From Octopus bimaculoides (lineage: Eukaryota), in the NCBI RefSeq assembly GCF_001194135.2, contig NC_068991.1, forward strand, positions 12,372,241 through 12,410,663: a DNA stretch of 38,423 nt, written 5' to 3'. The notes beneath the pieces are model-generated. The model saw nothing but the letters and a program-made list of their open reading frames with translations, searched no databases and was not told the DNA's origin. Of the stretch, positions 35,205-38,423 are shown in pieces (position 1 is the first letter of the stretch; each line of letters opens with the position of its first letter). The position numbers were made by a program, and so were the translations under genes.

Positions 35205-35240
<36 letters not shown>

Positions 35241-35443
35241 TGTGTTTGTCCCCCCACCATCGCTTGACAACCGATGCTGGTGTGTTTACCTCCCCGTAAC
35301 ATTAGCGGTTCGGCAAAAGTGTCCGATAGAATAAGTACTAGGCGTACAAAGAATAAGTCCTGAGGTCGATTTGCTCGACTAAAGGTGTTGCTCCAGCATG
35401 GAGGCAGACAAATAACCGAAACAAGGAAAGGAATAAAAAAATA
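35205..35443 (+). mobile_element. SINE family B, 3' half (5' part in gap)
   Basis: (TG)n-TCTGTGTTTGTCCCCCCACCATCGCTTGACAACCGATGCTGGTGTGTTTAC...GATAGAATAAGTACTAGGC...GAGGTCGATTTGCTCGACTAAAGG..GCTCCAGCATGG. Confidence 0.92.
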
Positions 35444-35483
35444 CGCGCACGCACGCACACACACACACACACACAGAGGTGGG

Positions 35484-35557
<74 letters not shown>
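35484..35557. repeat. (AGAT)n microsatellite
   Basis: Direct inspection. Confidence 0.97.
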
Positions 35558-35912
35558 GAAATGTGTGATGGGGGGGTGGATTTCAATACCTGAGCAACAA
35601 TTTAATTTCAGATTAATGTAGCATTTATAGCATTCTTATATTGAGTTCATTACAGCTTTCGGCTTTTTAAATTGTTGTGCATTTCCCGAAGATATAAATG
35701 TGTATGTATTTATACATACACATTTATACATATACGTATGCGCGTGAGCGCGTGTGTGTATATTATTTCCATATTTGGGCAACAACAATTGTTTCCATGT
35801 AGTATTGTTATCATAGGCTTATGTTTAAAGAATACGTTTGCTGTAAAAAAACTTTTAGATGCTTACATACACAACCCATTTATGTATGTATGTATGTATG
35901 TATGTATGTATG

Positions 35913-35961
<49 letters not shown>

Positions 35962-36829
35962 TTCCAATATCAATAAAGTTTTCTTGCTACTACTGCCAGA
36001 TATCTTAATAATTACTTTCATGCAGTAATAATGTTTTCTTTTCTTTTTTCAACCATAAATAGTGTTTAGATATCGCTTACGCTTCTTTCAATTTTGTTCC
36101 TTGTTTTTTTGTTATCACCGTAAGAGTGCAATATTCGAAGCATCAAGTATGATTAACAATCAATGTTATAAAGTTGTATATTGTTTATCTTGTATCATGC
36201 AACATAAATTTTGTACTTCTTTACATTTCTATCGTAAACGAAAATGGTCTGCAACCAAGAGAGTAGTTTTTCTCACCGGAAATTCGAAAAATTAATGCAT
36301 TTTGATGACAAAGCTATGTGATTCAGCTGCCTGTGTGTTTGGTATGTACGGTTCATAGTTTTGGCTTTTGAGAGTTATTAGATATATAATGTTAGCTCGC
36401 AGTCACTTACATATATTTACGCGTGTTTGCCTTTCTGCGTATATGCATGTATATACTTATTTATCAAGATAATGAACTGGCTGCATTTGTAAACAATATT
36501 AATATATATCCATTTCTTCTCAATGTACTGAAATAAAACAAAACAAGAATTAACGAAAGCTTAAGAATATAAGGCCAGAGGCAACAATAACTTCTACTAG
36601 TATTAATTTGCTGAACTCTGTATGAGCTAAACTTCTCAAAAACTACTTAATACAGATATATATAATATTCTTCATATGTATTATTTTGTTGTTAAATATC
36701 ATTTGTATTGCTTTTTCGCTTTTACAGGAATGTTTCTTTCAAAGTAATGGATTGTCTTGAAACTAGTTGCTCGAATTTTGTGTAAAATTCCTTCGTATAT
36801 TTTCTTCGATAAATATTCTTCATATGAAT

Positions 36830-37188
36830 ATCGTGGCACTCCGTCGGGTACGACGACGAGGGTTCCAGTTGATCCGATCAACGGAACAGCCTGCTCGTGA
36901 AATTAACGTGCAAGTGGCTGAGCACTCCACAGACACGTGTACCCTTAACGTAGTTCTCGGGGAAATTCAGCGTGACATAGAGTGTGACAAGGCTGGCCCC
37001 TTTGAAATACAGGTACAACAGAAACAAAGAGGGAGAGAAAGTTGCGGTGAAAGAGTACAGCAGGGTTCGCCACCATCCCCTGCCGGAGCCTCGTGGAGCT
37101 TTAAGTGTTTTAGCCCGATTTGGGAATCAAAACCGCGATCCTACGACCGCGAGTCCGCTGCCCTAACCACTGGGCCATTTCTTCTCCA
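36830..37188 (-). mobile_element. Full-length SINE family D with 10-bp TSD
   Basis: Minus head AATGGCCCAGTGGTTAGGGCAGCGGACT (A box at 37177-37167), B box GGTTTTGATTCC (37134-37123), CpG-rich body, tail ACCCTCGTCGTCGTACCCGACGGAGTGCCAC; TSD TCATATGAAT at 36820-36829 and 37189-37198. Confidence 0.9.
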
Positions 37189-38006
37189 TCATATGAATTA
37201 TGAAGAACATTAATCTTAGATAGGCCTCCATAATCACGAATAAACCACAGTATCAGAATCCTTAAAGCACTGCTCAAAATACCTCACGAATGTCGTTGCA
37301 GGTTCAAATCTATTTGTCACCGAATTATCTTTTTCTTTACCTCTTCAGAATTCCATAAAATTAACTACGAGTCAACTATAGATCCGACTGCACTTGATAT
37401 ATTAATGCGTGACTTTTTTGCAATATTATAAGTGTCTTTTTTTATATATTCTTTTGTTGTTCTCCTTACCGAAAATTGAATCTTCGGTTTCATTAATTGC
37501 TACATTCCTCATATAATGGCTTATTCTTTTCAGTTTAAGCTAAGCATGAAGCCATTGCAAATATGACGTATCAAATTACTTCTGAACACAAGGTGTACAG
37601 AATTACGGATTATAACCATTTCAGAACGTGTTGCCGGATTATAGGAATTTACAGAGTTTTACCATTTTAAAAGGAAGCGTAATCTATTAATGACTGTCGT
37701 GTCTGGAAGGATCCAATGTATATATAAACGAAATCGTATTTTCTAAGTGTGTTTGTGTGATTGTGTTATTGGTTGGGTGTATATATACATATATATACAT
37801 ACATACATATATATATNNNNNNNNNNCATACATACATACATATAAAATCAAAATAAGCAACGAGGTTTTGCAAAGTTAATACAGTACGATCGTTTCATGC
37901 TACTCCATTTATTTAAGCAATGTGACATTACATCAAATGTAAAATGCAGAGCAATCCTCAGTGGTACAGAAGTATTTTTTGACATCTCTTTTTTTAACGA
38001 TGTAGG

Positions 38007-38061
38007 TACTCATGTAGTACTCATGTAGTACTCATGTAGTACTCATGTAGTACTCATGTAG
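38007..38061. repeat. 11-bp minisatellite (TACTCATGTAG)x5
   Basis: Five perfect copies followed by a partial TAC. Confidence 0.95.
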
Positions 38062-38386
38062 TACCCTTGTGTATATATGTACATATCTAATATCGTATGT
38101 ATGTATTTTATTAATTTGCCTATACGGCTGATAATTCGCTTACCACTCGTGATGGTATTTTAATGTGATCGCTATATAATTATATATATATAACTTATTG
38201 ATTATATGCGTTTTGCTCCATTTATTATTATTCCTTGTATCAACTCAAAATACATCACTTTAACTTGGAATTTCTACCCTTTATCCAGGTTGAATATCCG
38301 GGTTTTGTGTGATTTTTGCTACCCTGGTAACTATTAACATATTTGCATTATCGAAGTCTTTCAACCAAGATAATGTTGATATATAC

Positions 38387-38423
<37 letters not shown>

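Noticed and set aside
636-35470. Long ORFs in the supplied track (up to 534 aa)
   Set aside because: They are made of X from gaps and low-complexity YIYI/CVCV/HTHT/poly-residue translations of microsatellites.
3290-35557. (AGAT)n tracts mostly on the plus strand (about 6 versus 2)
   Set aside because: Too few tracts to distinguish from chance.
6077-37188. tRNA or CRISPR calls for dispersed GC-rich repeats
   Set aside because: The heads lack complete cloverleaves and continue into SINE bodies; there is no regularly spaced repeat-spacer array, and the DNA is eukaryotic.
36767-37213. 148-aa ORF
   Set aside because: It lies almost wholly antisense to SINE D, which is delimited by a TSD.
37260-37400. 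GGTTCAAATC B-box-like site with faint family-A core similarity
   Set aside because: Too degenerate to assign by eye.

Overview
About 38 kb of AT-rich animal genomic DNA from a draft assembly; roughly 22% is N-gaps, almost all bounded by microsatellites. The repeat landscape (dense TA/TG/TACA/AGAT/AG/AAT/GAT microsatellites plus several tRNA-headed SINE families) resembles cephalopod, probably Octopus, intronic or intergenic DNA. That taxon call is inference from repeat recognition, not a database hit. I can support no host protein-coding gene, and nearly all ORF-track entries are microsatellite or gap read-through. Supported content: (i) about 20 copies or fragments of four tRNA-derived SINE families, here called A-D, several with exact target-site duplications; (ii) a 5'-truncated L1/Tx1-clade ORF2 remnant with a CCHC zinc finger (18242-18955, minus); (iii) a Penelope-like (Neptune-type) GIY-YIG endonuclease remnant interrupted by a SINE (20490-21130); (iv) three degenerate minimal hammerhead-ribozyme cores, each 55-95 nt upstream of a (TA)n tract; (v) a ~200-bp foldback MITE with a possible 9-bp TSD; (vi) several mini- and microsatellites. 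The leads most worth following are the hammerhead/(TA)n Penelope-retrozyme-like relics and the modular SINE architecture (shared GTCGA-N5-TCGAC hairpin, swapped tails, tail-to-target microhomology).
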